From positions 1 to 45,822 of the forward strand of contig JBBKXI010000166.1 in the NCBI GenBank assembly GCA_037969415.1: 45,822 bases of DNA. The letters are read 5' to 3'. A program made the translations under genes and the position numbers. The DNA is from Acidimicrobiia bacterium (GTDB lineage: Bacteria; Actinomycetota; Acidimicrobiia; Spongiisociales; ZC4RG35). The notes below the pieces were generated by a model, which was given only the letters and a program-made list of their open reading frames with translations, made no database searches and was not told the origin of the DNA. Of the stretch, positions 44,304-45,822 are shown piece after piece. How positions within the stretch are numbered: position 1 is the first letter of the stretch; the number at the start of each line of letters is the position of its first letter.

Positions 44304-45822
44304 TCAGTCCTCGCTAACCGATGCCGCCCTTGACGCGATCTCGTTGACCACGTCCTGGTTGGCCAGAGTGGTGACGTCCCCTAGCTGGCGGTGCTCGGAG
44401 ATGTCTTTGAGAAGTCGCCGCATGATCTTTCCCGACCGAGTCTTTGGAAGGTCATCGGTGAACACGATCGACTTCGGCTTGCCGATCGGTCCGAGAGTAT
44501 TGGAAACGTGTTCCCGCAACTCCGCCAGCAGGTCTTCGTTGCCCTTTATCGACCCGCGAAGGGTGACAAATGCGGCGATCGCCTGACCGGTTAGATCGTC
44601 CTTTCGGCCCACCACCGCAGCCTCGGCAACAGCGGGGTGGCTAACCAGGGCAGATTCAACCTCCGTAGTGGAGATGTTGTGACCCGATATCAGCATGATG
44701 TCGTCGACCCTGCCGAGCAACCAGTAGTACCCGTCGTCGTCACGTTTGCAGCCGTCTCCTGGGAAGTATCTGCCGGGAAATCGAGACCAATAGGTTTCGA
44801 CATATCTGTCATCGTCACCGTAAATGGTCCGCGCCATCGCGGGCCAGGGCTCGGTGATCGTGAGGAAGCCTCCACCTCCGAACGGGACCGGGTTGCCTTC
44901 TTCGTCGACGACATCGGCGCTGATCCCGGGAAATGGGATTGTGGCCGAACCTGGCTTGGTCGCCACTGCACCGGGCAATGGCGAGATCATGATGGCACCG
45001 GTTTCGGTCTGCCACCAGGTGTCAACAACTGGACAACGTCCCCGGCCAACATTTTCGTGGTACCACACCCAAGCTTCAGGATTGATCGGTTCTCCCACCG
45101 TCCCCAAAAGTCGAAGCGATGCCATTTCGTGTTTGGCAACATGCTCGTCACCCCACTTCATGAAGGCCCGGATGGCGGTCGGGGCGGTATAGAAGATGGT
45201 GACGCCGTACTCGTCGATGATCTGCCACAGACGGTCAAAATCAGGGAAATTTGGAGCACCTTCATACATCACACCCGTGGTCCGGTTGGCCAAGGGCCCG
45301 AAGACGATATAGCTGTGGCCAGTGACCCAACCAATGTCGGCGGCGCACCAGTAGACATCTGAGTCGGGCTTGATGTCAAAGACGTATGAATGCGTCGTCG
45401 TGATCTGGGTGAGATAACCACCCTGAGTGTGGACGATTCCCTTCGGCTTTCCTGTGGTCCCGGAGGTGTAGAGAATGTAGAGCGGATCTTCCGCGTTCAA
45501 CACCACGGGATCGCATTCAGTGTTCTGGCCCTCGACTAGATCGTGCCACCAAACATCCCGTCCCTCGGCCATGTCGACGCCATGGTCAGTGCGGTTGACC
45601 ACAATCACTTTCTCGACGTCGGGTGTTGAAGTCAACGCAGCATCGGCGTTGGCCTTTAGCGGGACCACATTCCCACCCCGCCAAGCCCCGTCCTGGGTAA
45701 TCACGACCCGCGCCTCGGCGTCGAGAATCCTGCTTGAAAGGGCGTCGGCAGAGAATCCTCCAAACACGATTGAGTGGACCAGCCCGAGTCGGGCACAGGC
45801 GAGCATGGCAATGGGAAGTTCA
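44304..45822 (-). CDS. acs: Acetyl-CoA synthetase (acetate--CoA ligase), N-terminus truncated by the window edge
   Basis: [19 protein letters not shown] ... [11 protein letters not shown] ... WWQTETG ... the C-terminal [11 protein letters not shown]. The first residues of the ORF are internal to Acs, so the gene continues beyond 45822. Confidence 0.93.
   Translation of the reverse strand, partial: ELPIAMLACARLGLVHSIVFGGFSADALSSRILDAEARVVITQDGAWRGGNVVPLKANADAALTSTPDVEKVIVVNRTDHGVDMAEGRDVWWHDLVEGQNTECDPVVLNAEDPLYILYTSGTTGKPKGIVHTQGGYLTQITTTHSYVFDIKPDSDVYWCAADIGWVTGHSYIVFGPLANRTTGVMYEGAPNFPDFDRLWQIIDEYGVTIFYTAPTAIRAFMKWGDEHVAKHEMASLRLLGTVGEPINPEAWVWYHENVGRGRCPVVDTWWQTETGAIMISPLPGAVATKPGSATIPFPGISADVVDEEGNPVPFGGGGFLTITEPWPAMARTIYGDDDRYVETYWSRFPGRYFPGDGCKRDDDGYYWLLGRVDDIMLISGHNISTTEVESALVSHPAVAEAAVVGRKDDLTGQAIAAFVTLRGSIKGNEDLLAELREHVSNTLGPIGKPKSIVFTDDLPKTRSGKIMRRLLKDISEHRQLGDVTTLANQDVVNEIASRAASVSED

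Noticed and set aside
1-45822. CRISPR arrays, rRNA or tRNA genes, transposases or IS elements, prophage genes, toxin-antitoxin pairs, or known defence-system genes.
   Set aside because: No spaced identical repeats of CRISPR type were seen. No intergenic gap is large enough for an rRNA, and none folds as a tRNA. None of the translated ORFs carries DDE or tyrosine/serine recombinase, nuclease-helicase or other defence-type signatures that I can recognise.

Overview
This is a high-GC chromosomal window with about 42 protein-coding genes. Gene content suggests an actinobacterium, possibly Acidimicrobiia, but that is inference only. I found no rRNA or tRNA genes, no CRISPR array, and no transposase, integrase, phage or recognisable defence genes.

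The backbone is a dispersed purine-biosynthesis supercluster: purE, then purB, then purC-purS-purQ-purL, then purF-purM. Many neighbouring genes overlap by 1 or 4 nt (ATGA, TTGA or TGATG junctions), which suggests translational coupling. Unrelated genes sit between the pur blocks:
- a two-component system facing a secreted Spondin_N protein
- an orphan Flp-type pilin with a long repeat tail
- glutaryl-CoA dehydrogenase, a YcaQ/AlkZ-type glycosylase and an LCP protein
- a QueA-like/SDR pair and a phosphofructokinase
- an FAD-monooxygenase/OYE fusion
- an ECF sigma factor with a C-terminal extension
- aceK, a DUF308/HdeD-like protein and a class III aminotransferase
- an M15 peptidase, K+ and ClC channels, and a stand-alone TrpB2
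- an MBL hydrolase
- an ECF sigma factor with a large membrane partner
- a truncated acs at the right edge

I cannot name one clear novel system. The best candidates for something undescribed are:
1. The ECF sigma factor coupled to a membrane protein with a 7-blade propeller and a serine-less alpha/beta-hydrolase-like domain (41850-44236).
2. A 285-nt convergent spacer packed with 17-mer tandem repeats, inverted copies of them and five back-to-back hairpins (25009-25293).
3. Two tandem, ATGA-coupled paralogous lipoproteins with an unknown N-domain and a Kelch-like propeller (153-3502).
4. aceK sitting at the tail of the purF-purM operon.
5. The Flp pilin fused to a repeat tail.

All product calls come from reading motifs in the supplied translations. 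No database search was run.
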